64,000 bases of DNA from the human T2T-CHM13v2.0 reference genome, Homo sapiens: the NCBI RefSeq assembly GCF_009914755.1, contig NC_060937.1. The stretch is one strand, 5' to 3'. Shown here piece by piece: positions 11,387 to 29,691 of this stretch. Position 1 is the stretch's first letter; the number at the start of each line of letters is the position of its first letter. The translations under genes were made by a program, and so were the position numbers. The notes under the pieces are model-generated. The model was not told the origin of the DNA and did not search any database. It saw only the letters and a list, made by a program, of their open reading frames with translations.

Positions 11387-14300
11387 CTAAGACAACCGTG
11401 GGAACCACTGTGACCGGAGAAACCGCTGGGGCCTCGCGCATGCGCATTGGCTGAGCCGACTCACGCTCCACTCCTGACAGATAGGCTGCGTCCCCTTTAA
11501 ATATCGCCATCGCCGCGCGGCGGCCGCGATGCTCCTGCTGCCGCCGCGGCGGCGGCTGTGTCCTGGGTCCTGTTTGGGGCAGCATGGGAGAGGGGACCGC
11601 GGGTGTCTCGTCCTGTTCCAGGCCCAAACCCCCAGGGCTCCTGTCCTCAGGACCTGCTTGAGCCGACTTCCACCAAGGGAGGGGGAGCTTCAGGACGCCT
11701 GCTGTGTTCTCTGGACTCCCGTTGAGATCCCGTTCTGGCCCCCTCCGCGTGACATAGGATGGGCTCACCACATGTGGTCAGGCCGGCAGGGCCTCGCTGC
11801 AGCACACAATGACCCCATAGGTCTCAAGGCCTAGTGTCAGAGCAAATTCACCGATCCATCAGCCCTCTGCCTCCCTCCTCCTTTGAAAGAGCAGTGGCCT
11901 GCCCGGCTTGTAAAAGCCCAGGGGTTCCGGAAAGCCGAACGCGCTTTACAGGACAACTGCAAAGAGGAACAGAGGCGAAACACAGGGGGAGACCATGTGA
12001 CCACGCGTGGCACTGGCCAATCCCACAGCAGTTGGTGTTAATGTGTGTCACCGGAGGCATACGGGGCGACGGCGAAACGAAGGGTGGGGTCCAGGCATAT
12101 GCCGGTGGAAGGGGGAAACGGGTGACATTTCCGTCAACGCCAAGGAAAATCAAACAACACCTGGGAACCGTGGGGTAGGAGGGCCTCCTGTGCCTGACCC
12201 AAGTCACGTTTTCAAATGCCTACCTGAGGAGCAAAGAGGTTTCTGCCAAATTCGCAACACCCCCAATCCTCCACCGACCTGGTAGCCCTGAAGCAACTTC
12301 GGCTGGTACAAACCCACAGAGAGTGGGAAAGAAACACACAGAGAGTGAGAGACAGAGAGAGAAGAATGGGAGACACACACACAGACACACACGCACACAC
12401 ACGCAGAGTCATACAGCAGAGGAATTGAAACACACACTCCCAGGCAACCCCTGAGGATCCGGGGTTCTGCTCTGGAGGAGAACGACCCTCGGGTGAGAGA
12501 GCAGCCCAGGAGCACGCAGGCCGACCCGTCCTCGAGATCAATGACCGCGGCGCGACTTTTGGCGAGACTCACCCCAACCAACACCGTCCGTGCAGGCCTG
12601 AGGCTGGGATCCCGTGCTGCTTCCCCCGTCTCCGCCTGGGGTTTCATCTTCATAGTCGGCCCTTTGCGACTGCTGGCATCAGGAGAGTTTCCCTTCGAGC
12701 CCGTGGAGAGGTGAGACCGGAGCCTCAGAGCCTCGATACCCAAGCACTGCCACGGAGGGCTCCTGCTCTGCAAAGCCTCGGGGACTGGTTTCTAAGACAA
12801 CCGTGGGAACCACTGTGACCGGAGAAACCGCTGGGGCCTCGCGCATGCGCATTGGCTGAGCCGACTCACGCTCCACTCCTGACAGATAGGCTGCGTCCCC
12901 TTTAAATATCGCCACCGCCGCGCGGCGGCCGCGATGCTCCTGCTGCCGCAGCGGCGGCGGCTGTGTCCTGGGTCCTGTTTGGGGCGGCATGGGAGAGTGG
13001 ACCGCGGGTGTCTCGTCCTGTCCCAGGCCCAAACCCCCAGGGCTCCTGTCCTCAGGACCTGCTTGAGCCGACTTCCACCAAGGGAGGGGGAGCTTCCGGA
13101 CGCCTGCTGTGTTCTCTGGACTCCCGTTGAGATCCCATTCTGGCCCCCTCCGAGTGACATAGGATGGGCTCACCACATGTGGTCAGGCCGGCAGGGCCTC
13201 GCTGCAGCACACAATGACCCCATAGGTCTCAAGGCCTAGTGTCAGAGCAAACTCACTCATCCATCAGCCCTCTGCCTCCCTCCTCCTTTGAAAGTGGATT
13301 GGCCTGCCCCGCTTGTAAAAGCCCAGGGGTTCCGGAAAGCCGAACGCGCTTTGCAGGACAACTGCAAAGAGGAACAGAGGCGAAACCCAGTGGGAGACCA
13401 TGTGACCACGCGTGGCACTGGCCAATCCCACAGCAGTTGGTGTTAATGTGTGTCACCTGAGGCATACGGGGCGACGGCGAAACGAAGGGTGGGGTCCAGG
13501 CATATGCCGGTGGAAGGGGGAAACGGGTGACATTTCCGTCAACGCCAAGGAAAATCAAACAACACCTGGGAACCGTGGGGTAGGGGGGCCTCCTGTGCCT
13601 GACCCAAGCCACGTTTTCAAATGCCTACCAGAGGAGCAAAGAGGTTTCTGCCAATTTCGCAACACCCCCAATCCTCCACCGACCTGGTAGCCCTGAAGCA
13701 ACTTCGGCTGGTACAAACCCAAAGAGAGTGGGAAAGAAACACACAGAGAGTGAGAGACAGAGAGAGAAGAGAGAATGGGAGACACACACACAGACACAAA
13801 CGCACACACACGCAGAGTCATACAGCAGAGGCATTGAAACACACACTCCCAGGCAACCCCTGAGGATCCGGGGTTCTGCTCTGGAGGAGAACGACCCTCG
13901 GGTGAGAGAGCAGCCCAGGAGCACGCAGGCCGACCCGTCCTCGAGATCACTGACCGCGGCGCGACGTTTGGCGACACTCACCCCAACCAACACCGTCCGT
14001 GCAGGACTGAGGCTGGGATCCCGTGCTGCTTCCCCCGTCTCCACCTGGGGTTTCATCTTCATAGTCGGCCCTTTGCGACTGCTGGCATCAGGAGAGATTC
14101 CCTTCGAGCCCGTGGAGAGGTGAGACCGGAGCCTCAGAGCCTCGATACCCAAGCACTGCCACGGAGGGCTCCTGCTCTGCAAAGCCTCGGGGACTGGTTT
14201 CTAAGACAACCGTGGGAACCACTGTGACGGGAGAAACCGCTGGGGCCTCGCGCATGCGCATTGGCTGAGCCGACTCACGCTCCACTCCTGAGAGATAGGC

Positions 14301-15036
14301 TGCGTCCCCTTTAAATATCGCCACCGCCGCGCGGCGGCCGCGATGCTCCTGCTGCCGCCGCGGCAGCGGCTGTGTCCTGGGTCCTGTTTGGGGCGGCATG
14401 GGAGAGTGGACCGCGGGTGTCTCGTCCTGTCCCAGGCCCAAACCCCCAGGGCTCCTGTCCTCAGGACCTGCTTGAGCCGACTTCCACCAAGGGAGGGGGA
14501 GCTTCAGGACGCCTGCTGTGTTCTCTGGACTCCTGTTCAGATCCCATTCTGGCCCCCTCCGTGTGACATAGGATGGGCTCACCACATGTGGTCAGGCCGG
14601 CAGGGCCTCGCTGCAGCACACAATGACCCCATAGGTCTCAAGGCCTAGTGTCAGAGCAAACTCACTCATCCATCAGCCCTCTGCCTCCCTCCTCCTTTGA
14701 AAGTGGATTGGCCTGCCCCGCTTGTAAAAGCCCAGGGGTTCCGGAAAGCCGAACGCGCTTTACAGGACAACTGCAAAGAGGAACAGAGGCGAAACACAGG
14801 GGGAGACCATGTGACCACGCGTGGCACTGGCCAATCCCACAGCAGTTGGTGTTAATGTGTGTCACCGGAGGCATACGGGGCGACGGCGAAACGAAGGGTG
14901 GGATCCAGGCATATGCCGGTGGAAGGGGGAAACGGGTGACATTTCCGTCAACGCCAAGGAAAAACAAACAACACCTGGGAACCGTGGGGTAGGGGGGCCT
15001 CCTGTGCCTTACCCAAGCCACGTTTTCAAATGCCTA

Positions 15037-15609
<573 letters not shown>

Positions 15610-17682
15610 CTAAGACAACCGTGGGAACCACTGTGACCGGAGAAACCGCTGGGGCCTCGCGCATGCGCATTGGCTGAGCCGACTCACGCTCCACTCCTGA
15701 CAGATAGGCTGCGTCCCCTTTAAATATCGCCACCGCCGCGCGGCGGCCGCGATGCTCCTGCTGCCGCCGCGGCGGCGGCTGTGTCCTGGGTCCTGTTTGG
15801 GGCAGCATGGGAGAGGGGACCGCGGGTGTCTCGTCCTGTTCCAGGCCCAAACCCCCAGGGCTCCTGTCCTCAGGACCTGCTTGAGCCGACTTCCACCAAG
15901 GGAGGGGGAGCTTCAGGACGCCTGCTGTGTTCTCTGGACTCCCGTTGAGATCCCGTTCTGGCCCCCTCCGCGTGACATAGGATGGGCTCACCACATGTGG
16001 TCAGGCCGGCAGGGCCTCGCTGAAGCACACAATGACCCCATAGGTCTCAAGGCCTAGTGTCAGAGCAAATTCACCGATCCATCAGCCCTCTGCCTCCCTC
16101 CTACTTTGAAAGAGCAGTGGCCTGCCCGGCTTGTAAAAGCCCAGGGGTTCCGGAAAGCCGAACGCGCTTTACAGGACAACTGCAAAGAGGAACAGAGGCG
16201 AAACACAGGGGGAGACCATGTGACCACGCGTGGCACTGGCCAATCCCACAGCAGTTGGTGTTAATGTGTGTCACCGGAGGCATACGGGGCGACGGCGAAA
16301 CGAAGGGTGGGGTCCAGGCATATGCCGGTGGAAGGGGGAAACGGGTGACATTTCCGTCAACGCCAAGGAAAAACAAACAACACCTGGGAACCGTGGGGTA
16401 GGGGGGCCTCCTGTGCCTGACCCAAGCCACGTTTTCAAATGCCTACCAGAGGAGCAAAGAGGTTTCTGCCAATTTCGCAACACCCCCAATCCTCCACCGA
16501 CCTGGTAGCCCTGAAGCAACTTCGGCTGGTACAAACCCACAGAGAGTGGGAAAGAAACACACAGAGAGTGAGAGACAGAGAGAGAAGAGAGAATGGGAGA
16601 CACACACACAGACACACACGCACACACACGCAGAGTCATACAGCATAGGCATTGAAACACACACTGCCAGGCAACCCCTGAGGATCCGGGGTTCTGCTCT
16701 GGAGGAGAACGACCCTCGGGTGAGAGAGCAGCCCAGGAGCACACAAGCCGACCCGTCCTCGAGATCACTGACCGCGGCGCGACTTTTGGCGAGACTCACC
16801 CCAACCAACACCGTCCGTGCAGGCCTGAGGCTGGGATCCCGTGCTGCTTCCCCCGTCTCCGCCTGGGGTTTCATCTTCATAGTCGGCCCTTTGCGACTGC
16901 TGGCATCAAGAGAGTTTCCCTTCGAGCCCGTGGAGAGGTGAGACCGGAGCCTCAGAGCCTCGATACCCAAGCACTGCCACGGAGGGCTCCTGCTCTGCAA
17001 AGCCTCGGGGACTGGTTTCTAAGACAACCGTGGGAACCACTGTGACCGGAGAAACCGCTGGGGCCTCGCGCATGCGCATTGGTTGAGCCGACTCACGCTC
17101 CACTCCTGACAGATAGGCTGCGTCACCTTTAAATATCGCCATCGCCGCGCGGCGGCCGCGATGCTCCTGCTGCCGCCGCGGCGGCGGCTGTGTCCTGGGT
17201 CCTGTTTGGGGCGGCATGGGAGAGGGGACCGCGGGTGTCTCGTCCTGTCCCAGGCCCAAACCCCCAGGGCTCCTGTCCTCAGGACCTGCTTGAGCCGACT
17301 TCCACCAAGGGAGGGGGAGCTTCAGGACGCCTGCTGTGTTCTCTAGACTCCCGTTGAGATCCCATTCTGGCCCCCTCCGAGTGACATAGGATGGGCTCAC
17401 CACATGTGGTCAGGCCGGCAGGGCCTCGCTGCAGCACACAATGACCCCATAGGTCTCAAGTCCTAGTGTCAGAGCAAACTCACTCATCCATCAGCCCTCT
17501 GCCTCCCTCCTCCTTTGAAAGTGGATTGGCCTGCCCCGCTTGTAAAAGCCCAGGGGTTCCGGAAAGCCGAACGCGCTTTACAGGACAACTGCAAAGAGGA
17601 ACAGAGGCGAAACACAGGGGGAGACCATGTGACCACGCGTGGCACTGGCCAATCCCACAGCAGTTGGTGTTAATGTGTGTCA

Positions 17683-18429
<747 letters not shown>

Positions 18430-19531
18430 CTAAGACAACCGTGGGAACCACTGTGACCGGAGAAACCGCTGGGGCCTCGCGCATGCGCATTGGCTGAGCT
18501 GACTCACGCTCCACTCCTGACAGATAGGCTGCGTCCCCTTTAAATATTGCCACCGCCGCGCGGCGGCCGCGATGCTCCTGCTGCCACCGTGGTGGCGGCT
18601 GTGTCCTGGGTCCTGTTTGGGGTGGCATGGGAGAGGGGACCGCGGGTGTCTCGTCCTGTCCCAGGCCCAAACCCCAAGGGCTCCTGTCCTCAGGACCTGC
18701 TTGAGCCGACTTCCACCAAGGGAGGGGGAGCGTCAGGACGCCTGCTGTGTTCTCTGGACTCCCGTTGAGATCCCATTCTGGCCCCCTCCGCGTGACATAG
18801 GATGGGCTCACCACAAGTGGTCAGGCCGGCAGGGCCTCGCTGCAGCACACAATGACCCCATAGGTCTCAAGGCCTAGTGTCAGAGCAAACTCACTCATCC
18901 ATCAGCCCCCTGCCTCCCTCCTCCTTTGAAAGTGCAGTGGCCTGCTCCGCTTGTAAAAGCCCAGGGGTTCCGGAAAGCCGAACGCGCTTTGCAGGACAAC
19001 TGCAAAGAGGAACAGAGGCGAAACCCAGGGGGAGACCATGTGACCACGCGTGGCACTGGCCAATCCCACAGCAGTTGGTGTTAACGTGTGTCACCGGAGG
19101 CATACGGGGCGACGGCGAACCGAAGGGTGGGGTCCAGGCATATGCCGGTGGAAGGGGGAAACGGTTGATATTTCCGTCAACGCCAAGGAAAAACAAACAA
19201 CACCTGGGAACCGTGGGGTAGGGGGTCCTCCTGTGCCTGACCCAAGCCACGTTTTCAAATGCCTACCAGAGGAGCAAAGAGGTTTCTGCCAATTTCGCAA
19301 CACCCCCAATCCTCCACCGACCTGGTAGCCCTGACGCAACTTCGGCTGGTACAAACCCACAGAGAGTGGGAAAGAAACACACAGAGACTGAGAGACAGAG
19401 AGAGAAGAGAGAATGGGAGACACACACACACACACACACACACGCAGAGTCATACAGCAGAGGCATTGAAACACACACCCCAGGCAGCCCCTGAGGCTCC
19501 GGGGTTCTTCTCTGGAGGAGAACGACCCTCA

Positions 19532-19831
<300 letters not shown>

Positions 19832-20495
19832 CTAAGACAACCGTGGGAACCACTGTGACCGGAGAAACCGCTGGCGCCTCACGCATGCGCATTGGCTGAG
19901 CCGACTCACGCTCCACTCCTGACAGATAGGCTGCGTCCCCTTTAAATATCGCCACCGCCGCGCGGCGGCCGCGATGCTCCTGCTGCCGCCCCGACGTCGG
20001 CTGTGTCCTGGGTCCTGTTTGGGGCGGCATGGGAGAGGGGACCGCGGGTGTCTCGTCCTGTCCCAGGCACAAACCCCCAGGGCTCCTGTCCTCAGGACCT
20101 GCTTGAGCCGACTTCCACCAAGGGAGGGGGAGCTTCAGGACGCCTGCTGTGTTCTCTGGACTCCCGTTGAGATCCCATTCTGGTCCCCTCCGAGTGACAT
20201 AGGATGGGCTCACCACATGTGGTCAGGCCGGCAGGGCCTCGCTGCAGCACACAATGACCCCATAGGTCTCAAGGCCTAGTGTCAGAGCAAACTCACTCAT
20301 CCATCAGCCCTCTGCCTCCCTCCTCCTTTGAAAGTGCAGTGGCCTGCCCCGCTTGTAAAAGCCCAGGGGTTCCGGAAAGCCGAACGCGCTTTACAGGACA
20401 ACTGCAAAGAGGAACAGAGGCGAAACACAGGGGGAGACCATGTGACCACGCGTGGCACTGGCCAATCCCACAGCAGTTGGTGTTAATGTGTGTCA

Positions 20496-21242
<747 letters not shown>

Positions 21243-24200
21243 CTAAGACAACCGTGGGAACCACTGTGACCGGAGAAACCGCTGGGGCCTCGCGCATGCG
21301 CATTGGCTGAGCCGACTCACGCTCCACTCCTGACAGATAGGCTGCGTCCCCTTTAAATATCGCCACCGCCGCGCGGCGGCCGCGATGCTCCTGCTGCCGC
21401 CACGGCGGCGGCTGTGTCCTGGGTCCTGTTTGGGGCAGCATGGGAGAGGGGACCGCGGGTGTCTCGTCCTGTTCCAGGCCCAAACCCCCAGGGCTCCTGT
21501 CCTCAGGACCTGCTTGAGCCGACTTCCACCAAGGGAGGGGGAGCTTCAGGACGCCTGCTCTGTTCTCTGGACTCCCGTTGAGATCCCCTTCTGGCCCCCT
21601 CCGCGTGACATAGGATGGGCTCACCACATGTGGTCAGGCCGGCAGGGCCTCGCTGCAGGACACAATGACCCCATAGGTCTCAAGGCCTAGTGTCAGAGCA
21701 AATTCACCGATCCATCAGCCCTCTGCCTCCCTCCTCCTTTGAAAGAGCAGTGGCCTGCCCGGCTTGTAAAAGCCCAGGGGTTCCGGAAAGCCGAACGCGC
21801 TTTACAGGACAACTGCAAAGAGGAACAGAGGCGAAACACAGGGGGAGACCATGTGACCACGCGTGGCACTGGCCAATCCCACAGCAGTTGGTGTTAATGT
21901 GTGTCACCGGAGGCATACGGGGCGACGGCGAAACGAAGGGTGGGGTCCAGGCATATGCCGGTGGAAGGGGGAAACGAGTGACATTTCCGTCAACGCCAAG
22001 GAAAATCAAACAACACCTGGGAACCGTGGGGTAGGAGGGCCTCCTGTGCCTGACCCAAGTCACGTTTTCAAATGCCTACCAGAGGAGCAAAGAGGTTTCT
22101 GCCAAATTCGCAACACCCCCAATCCTCCACCGACCTGGTAGCCCTGAAGCGACTTCGGCTGGTACAAACCCACAGAGAGTGGGAAAGAAACACACAGAGA
22201 GTGAGAGACAGAGAGAGAAGAATGGGAGACACACACACAGACACACACACACACACACACGCAGAGTCATACAGCAGAGGAATTGAAACACACACTCCCA
22301 GGCAACCCCTGAGGATACGGGGTTCTGCTCTGGAGGAGAACGACCCTCGGGTGAGAGAGCAGCCCAGGAGCACGCAGGCCGACCCGTCCTCGAGATCAAT
22401 GACCGCGGCGCGACTTTTGGCGAGACTCACCCCAACCAACACCGTCCGTGCAGGCCTGAGGCTGGGATCCCGTGCTGCTTCCCCCGTCTCCGCCTGGGGT
22501 TACATCTTCATAGTCGGCCCTTTGCGACTGCTGGCATCAGGAGAGTTTCCCTTCGAGCCCGTGGAGAGGTGAGACCGGAGCCTCAGAGCCTCGATACCCA
22601 AGCACTGCCACGGAGGGCTCCTGCTCTGCAAAGCCTCGGGGACTGGTTTCTAAGACAACCGTGGGAACCACTGTGACCGGAGAAACCGCTGGGGCCTCGC
22701 GCATGCGCATTGGCTGAGCCGACTCACGCTCCACTCCTGACAGATAGGCTGCGTCCCCTTTAAATATCGCCACCGCCGCGCGGCGGCCGCGATGCTCCTG
22801 CTGCCGCACCGGCGGCGGCTGTGTCCTGGGTCCTGTTTGGGGCGGCATGGGAGAGTGGACCGCGGGTGTCTCGTCCTGTCCCAGGCCCAAACCCCCAGGG
22901 CTCCTGTCCTCAGGACCTGCTTGAGCCGACTTCCACCAAGGGAGGGGGAGCTTCAGGACGCCTGCTGTGTTCTCTGGACTCCCGTTGAGATCCCATTCTG
23001 GCCCCCTCCGCGTGACATAGGATGGGCTCACCACATGTGGTCATGCCGGCAGGGCCTCGCTGCAGCACACAATGACCCCATAGGTCTCAAGGCCTAGTGT
23101 CAGAGCAAACTCACTCATCCATCAGCCCTCTGCCTCCCTCCTCCTTTGAAAGTGGATTGCCCTGCCCCGCTTGTAAAAGACCAGGGGTTCCGGAAAGCCG
23201 AACGCGCTTTGCAGGACAACTGCAAAGAGGAACAGAGGCGAAACCCAGTGGGAGACCATGTGACCACGCGTGGCACTGGCCAATCCCACAGCAGTTGGTG
23301 TTAATGTGTGTCACCTGAGGCATACGGGGCGACGGCGAAACGAAGGGTGGGGTCCAGGCATATGCCGGTGGAAGGGGGAAACGGGTGACATTTCCGTCAA
23401 CGCCAAGGAAAATCAAACAACACCTGGGAACCGTGGGGTAGGGGGGCCTCCTGTGCCTGACCCAAGCCACGTTTTCAAATGCCTACCAGAGGAGCAAAGA
23501 GGTTTCTGCCAATTTCGCAACACCCCCAATCCTCCACCGACCTGGTAGCCCTGAAGCAACTTCGGCTGGTACAAACCCAAAGAGAGTGGGAAAGAAACAC
23601 ACAGAGAGTGAGAGACAGAGAGAGAAGAGAGAATGGGAGACACACACACAGACACAAACGCACACACACGCAGAGTCATACAGCAGAGGCATTGAAACAC
23701 ACACTCCCAGGCAACCCCTGAGGATCCGGGGTTCTGCTCTGGAGGAGAACGACCCTCGGGTGAGAGAGCAGCCCAGGAGCACGCAGGCCGACCCGTCCTC
23801 GAGATCACTGACCGCGGCGCGACGTTTGGCGACACTCACCCCAACCAACACCGTCCGTGCAGGCCTGAGGCTGGGATCCCGTGCTGCTTCCCCCGTCTCC
23901 ACCTGGGGTTTCATCTTCATAGTCGGCCCTTTGCGACTGCTGGCATCAGGAGAGTTTCCCTTCGAGCCCGTGGAGAGGTGAGACCGGAGCCTCAGAGCCT
24001 CGATACCCAAGCACTGCCACGGAGGGCTCCTGCTCTGCAAAGCCTCGGGGACTGGTTTCTAAGACAACCGTGGGAACCACTGTGACGGGAGAAACCGCTG
24101 GGGCCTCGCGCATGCGCATTGGCTGAGCCGACTCACGCTCCACTCCTGAGAGATAGGCTGCGTCCCCTTTAAATATCGCCACCGCCGCGCGGCGGCCGCG

Positions 24201-24894
24201 ATGCTCCTGCTGCCGCCGCGGCGGCGGCTGTGTCCTGGGTCCTGTTTGGGGCGGCATGGGAGAGTGGACCGCGGGTGTCTCGTCCTGTCCCAGGCCCAAA
24301 CCCCCAGGGCTCCTGTCCTCAGGACCTGCTTGAGCCGACTTCCACCAAGGGAGGGGGAGCTTCAGGACGCCTGCTGTGTTCTCTGGACTCCTGTTCAGAT
24401 CCCATTCTGGCCCCCTCCGTGTGACATAGGATGGGCTCACCACATGTGGTCAGGCCGGCAGGGCCTCGCTGCAGCACACAATGACCCCATAGGTCTCAAG
24501 GCCTAGTGTCAGAGCAAACTCACTCATCCATCAGCCCTCTGCCTCCCTCCTCCTTTGAAAGTGGATTGGCCTGCCCCGCTTGTAAAAGCCCAGGGGTTCC
24601 GGAAAGCCGAACGCGCTTTACAGGATAACTGCAAAGAGGAACAGAGGCGAAACACAGGGGGAGACCATGTGACCACGCGTGGCACTGGCCAATCCCACAG
24701 CAGTTGGTGTTAATGTGTGTCACCGGAGGCATACGGGGCGACGGCGAAACGAAGGGTGGGATCCAGGCATATGCCGGTGGAAGGGGGAAACGGGTGACAT
24801 TTCCGTCAACGCCAAGGAAAAACAAACAACACCTGGGAACCGTGGGGTAGGGGGGCCTCCTGTGCCTGACCCAAGCCACGTTTTCAAATGCCTA

Positions 24895-25467
<573 letters not shown>

Positions 25468-27540
25468 CTAAGACAACCGTGGGAACCACTGTGACCGGAG
25501 AAACCGCTGGGGCCTCGCGCATGCGCATTGGCTGAGCCGACTCACGCTCCACTCCTGACAGATAGGCTGCGTCCCCTTTAAATATCGCCACCGCCGCGCG
25601 GCGGCCGCGATGCTCCTGCTGCCGCCGCGGCGGCGGCTGTGTCCTGGGTCCTGTTTGGGGCAGCATGGGAGAGGGGACCGCGGGTGTCTCGTCCTGTTCC
25701 AGGCCCAAACCCCCAGGGCTCCTGTCCTCAGGACCTGCTTGAGCCGACTTCCACCAAGGGAGGGGGAGCTTCAGGACGCCTGCTGTGTTCTCTGGACTCC
25801 CGTTGAGATCCCGTTCTGGCCCCCTCCGCGTGACATAGGATGGGCTCACCACATGTGGTCAGGCCGGCAGGGCCTCGCTGCAGCACACAATGACCCCATA
25901 GGTCTCAAGGCCTAGTGTCAGAGCAAATTCACCGATCCATCAGCCCTCTGCCTCCCTCCTCCTTTGAAAGAGCAGTGGCCTGCCCGGCTTGTAAAAGCCC
26001 AGGGGTTCCGGAAAGCCGAACGCGCTTTACAGGACAACTGCAAAGAGGAACAGAGGCGAAACACAGGGGGAGACCATGTGACCACGCGTGGCACTGGCCA
26101 ATCCCACAGCAGTTGGTGTTAATGTGTGTCACCGGAGGCATACGGGGCGACGGCGAAACGAAGGGTGGGGTCCAGGCATATGCCGGTGGAAGGGGGAAAC
26201 GGGTGACATTTCCGTCAACGCCAAGGAAAAACAAACAACACCTGGGAACCGTGGGGTAGGGGGGCCTCCTGTGCCTGACCCAAGCCACGTTTTCAAATGC
26301 CTACCAGAGGAGCAAAGAGGTTTCTGCCAATTTCGCAACACCCCCAATCCTCCACCGACCTGGTAGCCCTGAAGCAACTTCGGCTGGTACAAACCCACAG
26401 AGAGTGGGAAAGAAACACACAGAGAGTGAGAGACAGAGAGAGAAGAGAGAATGGGAGACACACACACAGACACACACGCACACACACGCAGAGTCATACA
26501 GCATAGGCATTGAAACACACACTGCCAGGCAACCCCTGAGGATCCGGGGTTCTGCTATGGAGGAGAACGACCCTCGGGTGAGAGAGCAGCCCAGGAGCAC
26601 GCAGGCCGACCCGTCCTCGAGATCACTGACCGCGGCGCGACTTTTGGCGAGACTCACCCCAACCAACACCGTCCGTGCAGGCCTGAGGCTGGGATCCCGT
26701 GCTGCTTCCCCCGTCTCCGCCTGGGGTTTCATCTTCATAGTCGGCCCTTTGCGACTGCTGGCATCAAGAGAGTTTCCCTTCGAGCCCGTGGAGAGGTGAG
26801 ACCGGAGCCTCAGAGCCTCGATACCCAAGCACTGCCACGGAGGGCTCCTGCTCTGCAAAGCCTCGGGGACTGGTTTCTAAGACAACCGTGGGAACCACTG
26901 TGACCGGAGAAACCGCTGGGGCCTCGCGCATGCGCATTGGTTGAGCCGACTCACGCTCCACTCCTGACAGATAGGCTGCGTCACCTTTAAATATCGCCAT
27001 CGCCGCGCGGCGGCCGCGATGCTCCTGCTGCCGCCGCGGCGGCGGCTGTGTCCTGGGTCCTGTTTGGGGCGGCATGGGAGAGGGGACCGCGGGTGTCTCG
27101 TCCTGTCCCAGGCCCAAACCCCCAGGGCTCCTGTCCTCAGGACCTGCTTGAGCCGACTTCCACCAAGGGAGGGGGAGCTTCAGGACGCCTGCTGTGTTCT
27201 CTGGACTCCCGTTGAGATCCCATTCTGGCCCCCTCCGAGTGACATAGGATGGGCTCACCACATGTGGTCAGGCCGGCAGGGCCTCGCTGCAGCACACAAT
27301 GACCCCATAGGTCTCAAGTCCTAGTGTCAGAGCAAACTCACTCATCCATCAGCCCTCTGCCTCCCTCCTCCTTTGAAAGTGGATTGGCCTGCCCGGCTTG
27401 TAAAAGCCCAGGGGTTCCGGAAAGCCGAACGCGCTTTACAGGACAACTGCAAAGAGGAACAGAGGCGAAACACAGGGGGAGACCATGTGACCACGCGTGG
27501 CACTGGCCAATCCCACAGCAGTTGGTGTTAATGTGTGTCA

Positions 27541-28287
<747 letters not shown>

Positions 28288-29391
28288 CTAAGACAACCGT
28301 GGGAACCACTGTGACCGGAGAAACCGCTGGGGCCTCGCGCATGCGCATTGGCTGAGCTGACTCACGCTCCACTCCTGACAGATAGGCTGCGTCCCCTTTA
28401 AATATTGCCACCGCCGCGCGGCGGCCGCGATGCTCCTGCTGCCACCGTGGCGGCGGCTGTGTCCTGGGTCCTGTTTGGGGTGGCATGGGAGAGGGGACCG
28501 CGGGTGTCTCGTCCTGTCCCAGGCCCAAACCCCAAGGGCTCCTGTCCTCAGGACCTGCTTGAGCCGACTTCCACCAAGGGAGGGGGAGCGTCAGGACGCC
28601 TGCTGTGTTCTCTGGACTCCCGTTGAGATCCCATTCTGGCCCCCTCCGCGTGACATAGGATGGGCTCACCACAAGTGGTCAGGCCGGCAGGGCCTCGCTG
28701 CAGCACACAATGACCCCATAGGTCTCAAGGCCTAGTGTCAGAGCAAACTCACTCATCCATCAGCCCCCTGCCTCCCTCCTCCTTTGAAAGTGCAGTGGCC
28801 TGCTCCGCTTGTAAAAGCCCAGGGGTTCCGGAAAGCCGAACGCGCTTTGCAGGACAACTGCAAAGAGGAACAGAGGCGAAACCCAGGGGGAGACCATGTG
28901 ACCACGCGTGGCACTGGCCAATCCCACAGCAGTTGGTGTTAACGTGTGTCACCGGAGGCATACGGGGCGACGGCGAAACGAAGGGTGGGGTCCAGGCATA
29001 TGCCGGTGGAAGGGGGAAACGGTTGATATTTCCGTCAACGCCAAGGAAAAACAAACAACACCTGGGAACCGTGGGGTAGGGGGTCCTCCTGTGCCTGACC
29101 CAAGCCACGTTTTCAAATGCCTACCAGAGGAGCAAAGAGGTTTCTGCCAATTTCGCAACACCCCCAATCCTCCACCGACCTGGTAGCCCTGACGCAACTT
29201 CGGCTGGTACAAACCCACAGAGAGTGGGAAAGAAACACACAGAGACTGAGAGACAGAGAGAGAAGAGAGAATGGGAGACACACACACACACACACACACA
29301 CACGCAGAGTCATACAGCAGAGGCATTGAAACACACACCCCAGGCAGCCCCTGAGGCTCCGGGGTTCTTCTCTGGAGGAGAACGACCCTCA

Positions 29392-29691
<300 letters not shown>

